Source: Cyanophora paradoxa CCMP329
Lineage: Eukaryota > Plantae > Glaucophyta
DNA length: 28,822 bases
Direction of reading: 5' to 3'
Assembly (NCBI GenBank): GCA_004431415.1
Contig: QPMI01000616.1
Span: 1-28,822, forward strand
Shown piece by piece: positions 1 to 11,532 of this stretch. How positions within the stretch are numbered: position 1 is the stretch's first letter; each line of letters opens with the position of its first letter. Position numbers and translations under genes: made by a program. The notes below the pieces were generated by a model. That model did not search any database. It was given only the letters and a program-made list of their open reading frames with translations, and was not told the origin of the DNA.

Positions 1-426
1 GCGACTGCGCCAAATTCCCACTGCGTCTGGCTGCGTCGAGCGATGCAGCCTGGCAGCGCTAGCAGGCGTATCCTATAGCTAGTATAGTAGCTCGTAACCC
101 ATGCGGATTGCGGATTCAATGATTGCAGCGCGCGCGCTCGGGATCCACTGGGGCAGATCCGAGTGCGCGGGCGGATTGCAGCGCGCGCGCGGCTGTACCA
201 GTACCGCAGTACTAGTATATACGTATACTACGTGCATGCTTAGTTTGCTCGCGCTTCTGGGCCGCTGGGCCCGCGGCCGGGCCACAGCGGCGACAGGCCC
301 GTGGCCAGCTATTGTGAATCCGTGGCATGCGCTGTTCATAAAAGATGATGAACTGGAAGTATACAGCTGTCCGGGATCCGAAATCTATCCCACGCACCAG
401 CCCCTGAAGCCCGAATCCGAGCGCTA

Positions 427-2920
427 GCTAGTTGCCGAGAAAACGAAAACTAACTGCAATCAGCTGCCGAACAGCGGGTAGTGCTGCTGTCCTGCCTGCA
501 GCATCGTCCGCCGGCGGCACAGGCAGAATGCGCCCCCCCGCACTCGCTGCGGCAAGTCACCGCGCTCGCTGCGCTCAGAATAAGCGGACTCCTAGCTTAA
601 AGAGAGAAGTGGGAAGCAAGGGGACGTCTGCGCACCGAGAGAGGTAGCAGTCCGCTTCCTCCGCATCCAGCATCCCTTGCCCGTGCCCGACGTCGAAGGC
701 AGAGCGCTCGCTGCGCACGGAGAGGAAGTCAATCTAATGAAAAGAATGCGCGCCGATTAACAGACCGCACCTGCGGCCGAGCGCCCACACATGGACTGGA
801 AGAGCGCCTCCTCTGGCCAAAAGGGCGGAGCGTTGATGGCGCTCGCCGCGCTGCGGCATCACGGTCAGCGCGCGGATCGAACGAAGATAAGCGAGTGGTG
901 ACGGCAAACGACCGCTGTGCACCACAGCAGGGTGAGTGAGCAGCAGGCCGGCTCGCGCCGCGTCCGGGCCGGTCCGGCATCCCTCGACCCGCGATGCCGA
1001 AGCTGCGTTCGGAGCGTCAACCGAAAGAAGAGAAGAATGCGCGCCGGCAAACGACCGCACCTGCCGCACCTGCGCCCCAGCGGCCGCAAGCACAAGAACT
1101 CCGAGGCCGCGCCGTCCAGAAGCCACGCGTCCGAGAACGGCACCCGCTCCGCTGCGCACGCGGCCGGCGTCACAAAAATCAACGCGAGAGTAGCGGAAAC
1201 AAGAGCGAGCACCTGGCCTGCGGGAGAAGACGCTAGGCGAACTGGATGGTGGTGCTCTGCTCGCGCGGGCCAGTCACCCCGTTCCCTGGACGCCAGCGGA
1301 ATGAGGGATTGGGGCAAAGGAGATGAAACGAAAAAGCACCTTGCTTCGCATCGGCAGCCGCCTTCCCTTTTTGCGCGAGCCGACCAAAAGAAGGAACACT
1401 TGGCGGCGGCGGCCGGGCTAAGAATGCAGATCAAGGGCGCTTGAAGAGGCAAGAACGACGCGTACACGAGCGCTCTTCGCCACGAGCGGGCGCCCGCCCT
1501 GGGGCAGCGCTCTGCTTTTGAAATCAGGCCGGCGACAGGCGGGGGACGCGAGAGGATGCAAGTAGGCACCTTCGAACGTCGTTCGCGCTCGAGGCTCGTC
1601 AAGTTCGCGGCGCTGTGCGGACTCCGTTTTGACCTGTTTGAAATTGTGGAGTAAGGGAGACCAGGATGCGCTGCGGTGGAGAGCCAGCGCCGACGCACCG
1701 AGATTGCATTGCGTCCCGTGCTGGAGCCGCAGCCAGTTCTTGCCCTGCGTGCTCTTCAAAGTGCAAGGCCGGAATTCGGGTACACAGCTGTTGGGCGAAA
1801 AGCGGCAGCGACACCAACAGCGATATCGATCGAGGATGCTTGAGGACGCCTTTCGGCTCAGCTTTCCGAGGAAGCCTGAGCGGTCCCATGCTCCTTCGCA
1901 GCTCGCTCGGCCGCGGTGCCGAGCACGTTGGCGGAAGCTCGCAGATGCGGCGCGCGGCCCTTTCGTTAGCTATAGCTAGGCGCATGTGGCCCGTGTTCTC
2001 GCAGCTGCATGTCTATGCCCTGGCGTGGCCGTGTTTCCGTGCGGCGCCGCGTTCACGGCCTGCCTTCCTCCCACAAACCGACGACGTGCGTCTATGCCGT
2101 GCCCTCCGCGTTCCACGCGTGACGTACAGCTCACTCGATTTCGCAGGGATCGCCGGCGGTGAGCCCCGTCGGCCCAGTTGGTTGGCCCTGCGCCAAGCCG
2201 AGCCAAGGTGCGGCTACCGCCTGGACGGGGTGCGGGATCAGACGGGCTGCATCCCGTTTCTCGCTGTTGATCTCTCCTTCGTAGCGGGCGATGGCGTGCC
2301 GGCAAGCTGCTGGGCGGCGATCGCGCCCTGCCGAGCGCGTCGCCATCGCCGGGGGTGGGCCACCGGACCATAGCTTTGCGTCAGCGGCGCGCGAACGCAT
2401 GTCTCACGATTCTTGCTTGCGTTCCAGGCGCTGGATCGCGCGCGCCGTCTCCAGGCTCCGAATTCTGGACCCCTCTTCCACAGCTTGGTGAGGCTCAGGC
2501 CTAGACGAGGTGAGTTGAGCGGTCTGTGTGCGTACGCGTCGCTGACAAGGCGCTCCTGTCGCGCAGGATGATCGAGTCCCGGGGCGATGGTCGGAGGGAG
2601 CGGAGGGCGGCAGCATGGATTGCACGGCGGGGCGTAGGATCGGCGGGCGGCGGCCCGGGCGCACGCCTCGCGCGCCGCCGGCTGCCCGCCCGCCCCGGCC
2701 CGCCCCGGCGCCGTCGCTTCGCCCGCCCCGGCGCCTTCGCCCCGCTCCGCCCCGTCGCTTTCGCCCCGCCCCGCAGAGTCGGTGCGCCGTGCTGAGCGCC
2801 CTGCCCGGCACAGCCCGGCCTGCCTGCTGCTGACGCCCTCGCAGCTCTCGAGGATTTTGAATTTTCGGGGCGTCCCGCTGCCGCGGGAGAGGATCTTCGA
2901 GCGCCCCGCCGCCCCCGCCG
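427..2920 (+). repeat. Left arm of long inverted repeat (partner 8687..11080)
   Basis: GCTAGTTGCCGAGAAAACGAAAACTAACTGCAATCAGCTGCCGAACAGC at 427 matches the reverse complement of ~11025-11080. 1009..2920 matches 8687..10610 almost continuously; the ORF track shows the same peptides on opposite strands (e.g. MRLAIANERAARR at 1599..1985- and 9628..10017+). Confidence 0.95.
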
Positions 2921-2959
2921 TCCTCAGGGGACAGCGCCGGGGGTCGCGGAAGCTCAGCA

Positions 2960-3345
2960 GGCGGCGGCGCGGCTCACCTGGCGGGGCGGAGGCGCGGCGG
3001 GCGGCGGCACGGCTCGCCGGGAGGGGCGGCGGCGCGGCGGGCGGCGCGCAGCTCGCCGGGCGGGGCGAGGGTGCGGCGGGCGGCGGCGAAGCTCGGCGGG
3101 CGGGCGCGGGAGCGGCGGGCGGCGGCGCGGCTCGCCAGGCGGGGCGGAGGCGCGGCGGGCGGCGCCGCGGCTCGCGGGGCGGGGCGGAGGCGCAGCGTGC
3201 TGCGGCCCGGCTCGCCGCACGGGGTGGAGGCGCGGCTGGCGGCGGCGAGGCTCGCCAGGGGGGCGGAGGCGCAGCAGGCGGACAGGACGGCAGGCGCGGC
3301 GGGCGGCGGCGTGGCTCGCGGGGCGCCGCGGTGGCGCGACGCGGC
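2960..3345 (+). repeat. 40-bp G-rich minisatellite, about 9-10 degenerate copies
   Basis: (G)GCTC anchor recurs at 2971, 3011, 3051, 3091, ~3129, ~3169, ~3209, ~3249; consensus near GGCTCGCCGGGCGGGGCGGAGGCGCGGCGGGCGGCGGCGC. Confidence 0.9.
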
Positions 3346-3399
3346 TTCGATTCGTGATCACTGATCATGAGCGTGATGATCTCTTGTCATTCAATTTAA

Positions 3400-6300
3400 A
3401 CAGATCCGAGGCTGCGCTGCCCTGCAACTTGGCACAAATGAAGTGTTGGCAATTGGGGCCCACTATTGCTTGGCGAGGCACCAGCACCTTTTCAGCGCTT
3501 GCCACTATTAAAATCAAATCTAGCGCCTTTGATATAGTCCAGGTACGCTTCTCCAGTCAGTGAAAAGGCCGGGATCTTTTCCTGGCTTCATGATCAATTC
3601 TCATGATCATCATGAACACTGCATGCATGGGTGCTCAGATCCTCACTGCGAGCCAAATTGAAACTCGGGGCCCATATTGCATACGCCCGCGAGCATGCTG
3701 TTGGGGGTTCTCGAGGGCGCTGGATTTGATTATGAAGTCGGTTGAAGACAGATCCGAGGCTGCGCTGCCCTGCAACTTGGCACAAATGAAGTGTTGGCAA
3801 TTGGGGCCCACTATTGCTTGGCGAGGCACCAGCACCTATTCAGCGCTTGCCACTATTAAAATCAAATCTAGCGCCTTTGATATAGTCCAGGTACGCTTCT
3901 CCAGTCAGTGAAACGGCCGGGATCTTTTCCTGGCTTCATGATCAATTCTCATGATCATCATGAACACTGCATGCATGGGTGCTCAGATCCTCACTGCGAG
4001 CCAATTGCAAATTGAAACTCGGGGCCCATATTGCATACGCCCGCGAGCATGCTGTTGGGGGTTCTCGAGGGCGCTGGATTTGATTATGAAGTCGGTTGAA
4101 GACAGATCCGAGGCTGCGCTGCCCTGCAACTTGGCACAAATGAAGTGTTGGCAATTGGGGCCCACTATTGCTTGGCGAGGCACCAGCACCTTTTCAGCGC
4201 TTGCCACTATTAAAATCAAATCTAGCGCCTTTGATATAGTCCAGGTACGCTTCTCCAGTCAGTGAAAAGGCCGGGATCTTTTCCTGGCTTCATGATCAAT
4301 TCTCATGATCATCATGAACACTGCATGCATGGGTGCTCAGATCCTCACTGCGAGCCAAATTGAAACTCGGGGCCCATATTGCATACGCCCGCGAGCATGC
4401 TGTTGGGGGTTCTCGAGGGCGCTGGATTTGATTATGAAGTTGGTTTAAGACAGATCCGAGGCTGCGCTGCCCTGCAACTTGGCACAAATGAAGTGTTGGC
4501 AATTGGGGCCCACTATTGCTTGGCGAGGCACCAGCACCTTTTCAGCGCTTGCCACTATTAAAATCAAATCTAGCGCCTTTGATATAGTCCAGGTACGCTT
4601 CTCCAGTCAGTGAAAAGGCCGGGATCTTTTCCTGGCTTCATGATCAATTCTCATGATCATCATGAACACTGCATGCATGGGTGCTCAGATCCTCACTGCG
4701 AGCCAAATTGAAACTCGGGGCCCACATTGCATACGCCCGCGAGCATGCTGTTGGGGGTTCTCGAGGGCGCTGGATTTGATTATGAAGTCGGTTGAAGACA
4801 GATCCGAGGCTGCGCTGCCCTGCAACTTGGCACAAATGAAGTGTTGGCAATTGGGCCCACTATTGCTTGGCGAGGCACCAGCACCTTTTCAGCGCTTGCC
4901 ACTATCAAAATCAAATCTAGCGCCTTTGATATAGTCCAGGTACGCTTCTCCAGTCAGTGAAAAGGCCGGATCTTTTCCTGGCTTCATGATCAATTCTCAT
5001 GATCATCATGAACACTGCATGCATGGGTGCTCAGATCCTCACTGCGAGCCAAATTGAAACTCGGGGCCCATATTGCATACGCCCGCGAGCATGCTGTTGG
5101 GGGTTCTCGAGGGCGCTGGATTTGATTATGAAGTCGGTTGAAGACAGATCCGAGGCTGCGCTGCCCTGCAACTTGGCACAAATGAAGTGTTGGCAATTGG
5201 GGCCCACTATTGCTTGGCGAGGCACCAGCACCTTTTCAGCGCTTGCCACTATCAAAATCAAATCTAGCGCCTTTGATATAGTCCAGGTACGCTTCTCCAG
5301 TCAGTGAAAAGGCCGGGATCTTTTCTGGCTTCATGATCAATTCTCATGATCATCATGAACACTGCATGCATGGGTGCTCAGATCCTCACTGCGAGCCAAA
5401 TTGAAACTCGGGGCCCATATTGCATACGCCCGCGAGCATGCTGTTGGGGGTTCTCGAGGGCGCTGGATTTGATTATGAAGTCGGTTGAAGACAGATCCGA
5501 GGCTGCGCTGCCCTGCAACTTGGCAAAATGAAGTGTTGGCAATTGGGGCCCACTATTGCTTGGCGAGGCACCAGCACCTTTTCAGCGCTTGCCACTAAAA
5601 ATCAAATCTAGCGCCTTTGATATAGTCCAGGTACGCTCTCTCCAGTCAGTGAAACGGCCGGATCTTTCCTGGCTTCATGATCAATTCTCATGATCATCAT
5701 GAACACTGCATGCATGGGTGCTCAGATCCTCACCGTGGCACTGCGAGCCATTGCAAATTGAAACTCGGGGCCCACATTGCATACGCCCGCGAGCATGCTG
5801 TTGGGGGTTCTCGAGGGCGCTGGATTTGATTATGAAGTCGGTTGAAGACAGATCCGAGGCTGCGCTGCCCTGCAACTTGGCACAAATGAAGTGTTGGCAA
5901 TTGGGGCCCACTATTGCTTGGCGAGGCACCAGCACCTTTTCAGCGCTTGCCACTATTAAAATCAAATCTAGCGCCTTTGATATAGTCCAGGTACGCTTCT
6001 CCAGTCAGTGAAAAGGCCGGGATCTTTTCCTGGCTTCATGATCAATTCTCATGATCATCATGAACACTGCATGCATGGGTGCTCAGATCCTCACTGCGAG
6101 CCAAATTGAAACTCGGGGCCCACATTGCATACGCCCGCGAGCATGCTGTTGGGGGTTCTCGAGGGCGCTGGATTTGATTATGAAGTCGGTTGAAGACAGA
6201 TCCGAGGCTGCGCTGCCCTGCAACTTGGCACAAATGAAGTGTTGGCAATTGGGGCCCACTATTGCTTGGCGAGGCACCAGCACCTTTTCAGCGCTTGCCA

Positions 6301-7790
6301 CTATTAAAATCAAATCTAGCGCCTTTGATATAGTCCAGGTACGCTTCTCCAGTCAGTGAAAAGGCCGGGATCTTTTCCTGGCTTCATGATCAATTCTCAT
6401 GATCATCATGAACACTGCATGCATGGGTGCTCAGATCCTCACTGCGAGCCAAATTGAAACTCGGGGCCCACATTGCATACGCCCGCGAGCATGCTGTTGG
6501 GGGTTCTCGAGGGCGCTGGATTTGATTATGAAGTCGGTTGAAGACAGATCCGAGGCTGCGCTGCCCTGCAACTTGGCACAAATGAAGTGTTGGCAATTGG
6601 GGCCCACTATTGCTTGGCGAGGCACCAGCACCTTTTCAGCGCTTGCCACTATTAAAATCAAATCTAGCGCCTTTGATATAGTCCAGGTACGCTTCTCCAG
6701 TCAGTGAAAAGGCCGGGATCTTTTCCTGGCTTCATGATCAATTCTCATGATCATCATGAACACTGCATGCATGGGTGCTCAGATCCTCACTGCGAGCCAA
6801 ATTGAAACTCGGGGCCCACATTGCATACGCCCGCGAGCATGCTGTTGGGGGTTCTCGAGGGCGCTGGATTTGATTATGAAGTCGGTTGAAGACAGATCCG
6901 AGGCTGCGCTGCCCTGCAACTTGGCACAAATGAAGTGTTGGCAATTGGGGCCCACTATTGCTTGGCGAGGCACCAGCACCTTTTCAGCGCTTGCCACTAT
7001 TAAAATCAAATCTAGCGCCTTTGATATAGTCCAGGTACGCTTCTCCAGTCAGTGAAAAGGCCGGGATCTTTTCCTGGCTTCATGATCAATTCTCATGATC
7101 ATCATGAACACTGCATGCATGGGTGCTCAGATCCTCACTGCGAGCCAAATTGAAACTCGGGGCCCACATTGCATACGCCCGCGAGCATGCTGTTGGGGGT
7201 TCTCGAGGGCGCTGGATTTGATTATGAAGTCGGTTGAAGACAGATCCGAGGCTGCGCTGCCCTGCAACTTGGCACAAATGAAGTGTTGGCAATTGGGGCC
7301 CACTATTGCTTGGCGAGGCACCAGCACCTTTTCAGCGCTTGCCACTATTAAAATCAAATCTAGCGCCTTTGATATAGTCCAGGTACGCTTCTCCAGTCAG
7401 TGAAAAGGCCGGGATCTTTTCCTGGCTTCATGATCAATTCTCATGATCATCATGAACACTGCATGCATGGGTGCTCAGATCCTCACTGCGAGCCAAATTG
7501 AAACTCGGGGCCCATATTGCATACGCCCGCGAGCATGCTGTTGGGGGTTCTCGAGGGCGCTGGATTTGATTATGAAGTCGGTTGAAGACAGATCCGAGGC
7601 TGCGCTGCCCTGCAACTTGGCACAAATGAAGTGTTGGCAATTGGGGCCCACTATTGCTTGGCGAGGTACAAGCACCTTTTCAGCGCTTGCCACTATCAAA
7701 ATCAATTCTAGCGTTTTTGATATAGCCTAGATACGCTTCTCCAGTCAGTGAAAAGGCCGGGATCTTTGCTGGGCCTCATGATCATGATCA
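3400..7790 (+). repeat. Tandem satellite array, 348-bp unit, ~12.6 near-identical copies
   Basis: CAGATCCGAGGCTG anchor at 3401, 3749, 4103, 4451, 4799, 5145, 5492, 5849, 6197, 6545, 6893, 7241, 7589 (spacing mostly exactly 348; range 346-357). Hand count for one unit is about 51% GC. Confidence 0.98.
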
Positions 7791-7819
7791 GTGATCATGA
7801 TCATCATGAGCACTACACC

Positions 7820-8465
7820 GCCTGGCGACCCGCGCCACCGCCCGCCGCGCCTCCGCTCCGCCCCGCGAGCCGCGCCGCCACCCCTGAGCCCCCGCCCCGT
7901 CCGACGAGCCGCGTCGCCGCCCGACGCGTTTCCGCCCCGCCCCGCGAGCCGCGGCGCCGCTCGCCGCGCCCCCGCCCCGCCCGGCGACCCGCGCCGCCGC
8001 CCGCAGCGCCTCCGACCTGCCCGGCGGGCCGCGCCTCCGCCCGCCGCGCCTCCGCCCCGCCCCGCGAGCCGCGGCGCCGCCCGCCGCGCCTCCGCCCCGC
8101 CCCGCGAGCCGCGCCTCCGCCCGCCACGCCTCCGCCCTGCCCGGCGAGCCGCGCCTCCGCTCGCCGCGCCTCCACCCCGTGCGGCGAGCCGCGCCTCCGC
8201 TCGCCGCGCCTCCGCCCCGCCCTGCGAGCCGCGTCTCCGCCCGCCGCGCCCCCGCCCCGCCCCGCGAGCTGCGCCGCCACCCGCTGAGCCCCCGCCCTGC
8301 CCGGAAAGCCGAGTCGCTGCCCGCGCGCCTCCGCCCCGTCCGGCGAGCCGCGTCGCCGCCCGCCGAGCCTCCGTCCCGCCCCGCGAGCTGCGCCGCCGCC
8401 CCCCGCGCCCCCGCCCCGCCCAGTGAGCCGCGCCGCCACCCTGCCCGGAGAGCCGCGCTCGCCGC
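7820..8465 (-). repeat. 40-bp C-rich minisatellite, about 16 copies (inverted copy of 2960..3345 unit)
   Basis: GAGCC/GAGCT anchor at 8066, 8106, 8146, 8186, 8226, 8266 (exact 40-bp period); the unit is the reverse complement of the left minisatellite unit. Confidence 0.92.
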
Positions 8466-8686
8466 GTCTCCCACCTGGCCGGAGGGAGCTGTGCCACCAC
8501 CCGCTGTCTCGCTGAACCCGCCAGGCAAGTTAAGCGGGGGGAGAGAGGGGGGAGGGAGGGAGAGCCGTGGGCGAGGGGAGGGCATACTCCGAGGGCGCTT
8601 CGGCGCGGCGGCGGCAGGGCTCTTGCGGCCGCGGGGTGCACAGGCAGCCGCGAGGGCGGGCGCGGGGCGCTTGTCGTTGTGCGGCG

Positions 8687-11080
8687 CGGCGGGGGCGGCG
8701 GGGCGCTCGAAGATCCTCTCCCGCGGCAGCGGGACGCCCCGAAAATTCAAAATCCTCGAGAGCTGCGAGGGCGTCAGCAGCAGGCAGGCCGGGCTGTGCC
8801 GGGCAGGGCGCTCGGCACGGCGCACCGTCTCTGCGGGGCGGGGCGAAAGCGACGGGGCGGGGCGGGGCGACGGCGACGGGGCCGGGCGAAGCGACAGCGC
8901 CGGGGCGGGCCGGGGAGCCGGCGGGGCTGCACGGGGCTGCACGGGGCGTGCGCCCCGGGCCGCCGCCCGCCGATCCTACGCCCCGCCGTGCAATCCATGC
9001 TGCCGCCCTCCGCTCCCTCCGACCATCGCCCCGGGACTCGATCATCCTGCGCGACAGGAGCGCCTTGTCAGCGACGCGTACGCACACAGACCGCTCAACT
9101 CACCTCGTCTAGGCCTGAGCCTCACCAAGCTGTGGAAGAGGGGTCCAGAATTCGGAGCCTGGAGACGGCGCGCGCGATCCAGCGCCTGGAACGCAAGCAA
9201 GAATCGTGAGACATGCGTTCGCGCGCCGCTGACGCAAAGCTATGGTCCGGTGGCCCACCCCCGGCGATGGCGACGCGCTCGGCAGGGCGCGCTCGCCGCC
9301 AGCGGCGTGCCGGCACTCCATCGCCCGCTACGAAGGAGAGATCAACAGCGAGAAGCGTGCGGCAGTTCGCCTGTCCCCCCGTTCCCGGCCAGGCGGCCGC
9401 CGCACCTTGGCTCGGCTTGGGCGCAGGGCCAACCAACTGGGCCGACGGGGCTCACCGCCGGCGATCCCTGCGAAATCGAGTGAGCTGTACGTCACGCGTG
9501 GAACGCGGAGGGCACGGCATAGACGCACGTCGTCGGTTTGTGGGAGGAAGGCAGGCCGTGAACGCAGCGCCGCACGGAAAACCGGCCACGCAGGGCATAG
9601 ACATGCAGCTGCGAGAACACGGGCCACATGCGCCTAGCTATAGCTAACGAAAGGGCCGCGCGCCGCATCTGCGAGCTTCCGCCAACGTGCTCGGCACCGC
9701 GGCCGAGCGAGCTGCGAAGGAGCATGGGACCGCTCAGGCTTCCTCGGAAAGCTGAGCCGAAGGGCGTCCTCAGCATCCTCGATCGATATCGCTGTTGGTG
9801 TCGCTGCCGCTTTCGCCCAACAGCTGTGTACCCCCGAAATCGCGCGCCTTGCACTTTGAAGAGCACGCAGGGCAAGAACTGGCTGCGGCTTCCAGCACGG
9901 GACGCAATGCAATCTCGTGCGTCGGCGCTGGGCTCTCCACCGCAGCGCATCCTGGTCTCCCTTACTCCACAATTTCAAACAGGTCAAACGGAGTCCGCAC
10001 AGCTGCCGCGAACTTGACGAGCCTCGAGCGCGAACGACGTTCGAAGGTGCCTACTTGCATCCTCTCGCGTCCCGCCTGTCGCCGGCCTGATTTCAAACGC
10101 AGAGCGCTGCCCAGGGCGGCGGGCGCCCGCTCGTGGCGAAGAGCGCTCGTGTACGCGTCGTTCTTGCCTCTTCAAGCGCCTTGATCTGCATTCTTAGCCC
10201 GGCCGCCGCCGCCAAGTGTTCCTTCTTTTGGTCGGCTCGCGCAGAAAGGAGAAGGCGGCTGCCGATGCGAAGCAAGGTGCTTTTTTCGTTTCATCTCCTT
10301 TGCCCCAATCCCTCATTCCGCTGGCGGTCCAGGGAACGGGGTGACTGGCCGCGCGAGCAGAGCACCACCATCCAGTTCGCCTAGCGTCTTCTCCCGCAGG
10401 CCAGGTGCTCGCTCTTGTTTCCGCTACTCTCGCGTTGATGTTTTTGTGACGCCGGCCGCGTGCGCAGCGGAGCGGGTGCCGTTCTCGGACGCGTGGCTTC
10501 TGGACGGCCGTGGCCTCGGAGTTCTTGTGCTTGCGGCCGCTGGGGCGCAGGTGCGGCAGGTGCGGTCGTTTGCCGGCGCGCATTCTTCTCTCTTTCGGTT
10601 GACGCTCCGAGCTCAGCGAGCGCTGCGCCGTCGCGGCGACCGCGTTCCGGGCGCTCTCAATCTCGGTGTGGGCGCTCGGCGACAGGTGCGGTCTGTTTAT
10701 TGGCGCGCGTTCTCTCTTCTTTTGATTGACATTCCTCTCCGTGCGCAGCGAGCGCTCTGCCTTCGACGTCGGGCACGGGCAAGGGATGCTGGAAGCGGGA
10801 CGGGCCTCCTGCTCTCTCCTTGCTGCGGTGCGCAGACGTCCCCTTGCTTCCCACTTCTCTCTTTATGCTAGGAGCCCGCTTATCCTGATGCGCGCAGCGC
10901 AGCGAGCGCGGCGACGTTCCGCAGCGAGTGCGGCGAGGGCGATCTGCCTGGGCCGGAGGCGGCTGCTGGCGATCGGCTGGCATGCGCAGGCGGCGGACGA
11001 TGCGCAGCAGGACAGCGTACTACTGCTGTTCGGCAGCTGATTGCAGTTAAAACGTTAGTTTTCCTTTTCTCGCAACTAGC
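8687..11080 (-). repeat. Right arm of long inverted repeat (partner 427..2920)
   Basis: Reverse complement of the left arm; near-identical over 8687..10610, more diverged with indels over 10610..11080. Confidence 0.95.
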
Positions 11081-11532
11081 GCGGGGGACGACGCCGCTTC
11101 AGGTCATTGCGTATTGTGTAAAGCCCTTACAGCCTAAGTTGCAGCGGGGCAGATTGGGGCAGATGAGCTCGAGGCGCCCGCGCACGATCGGCCACGAGGC
11201 CGCTAGCTGTTTCACAGTGTGCGCACATCTACACGAGGCGCCGCGCGGGCTCGGGAATTGGCCCCACGAGGCGCTGAGCTGTGTGCGCATGCGCACATGT
11301 ACTACGGTACGACCTAGGGGCGCCGGCGCCACGCGTACGCGTCCCCGTCGAGCTTGACGACCGACTCTCTCTCTCGGCGAGCTCGAGCCGCGTCGAGCTC
11401 AGGCCCATAGCAACGAGCTCGACGACCGTCGACGGTACCGGCCACGCTGCTGGCTATAGCTACGTATACGCCGGCGCAGTGCGTCCAGCTGCGTCGAGCG
11501 GCGCAGTGCGTCAACTTCGAGTGCGTCGAGCG

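Noticed and set aside
1967-1978. Perfect 12-bp palindrome TAGCTATAGCTA (mirror at 9635-9646)
   Set aside because: Real but too short to assign a function; related motifs near 74-81 and 11453 suggest simple local repeats.
2238-3368. Long Ala/Pro/Arg/Gly-rich ORFs here and at 7745..9483
   Set aside because: Stop-free translations of a ~90% GC 40-bp minisatellite; the same peptide appears in all frames.
3555-3615. C/D box snoRNA on the minus strand (ATGATGA...CTGA)
   Set aside because: The boxes arise from the TCATGA palindrome; no convincing terminal stem or recognisable rRNA guide.
3603-7730. Tandem 102-aa genes (MIIMNTACMG...)
   Set aside because: No recognisable domain, ORFs on both strands, broken in several copies; a by-product of the repeat.
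3400-7790. CRISPR array or repeat/spacer memory array
   Set aside because: Units are near-identical along their whole length; no unique spacers and no cas genes.
3400-7790. Hammerhead or HDV ribozyme, 5S rRNA, SL RNA or tRNA array
   Set aside because: No CUGANGA core on either strand, no room for an HDV double pseudoknot after GGCCGGG, and no 5S, tRNA or clear Sm-site signature.
427-11080. Fold-back chimeric read artefact
   Set aside because: The central array keeps one orientation, and the arms differ by large indels, substitution patches and minisatellite copy number. Spanning reads would still be the final test.
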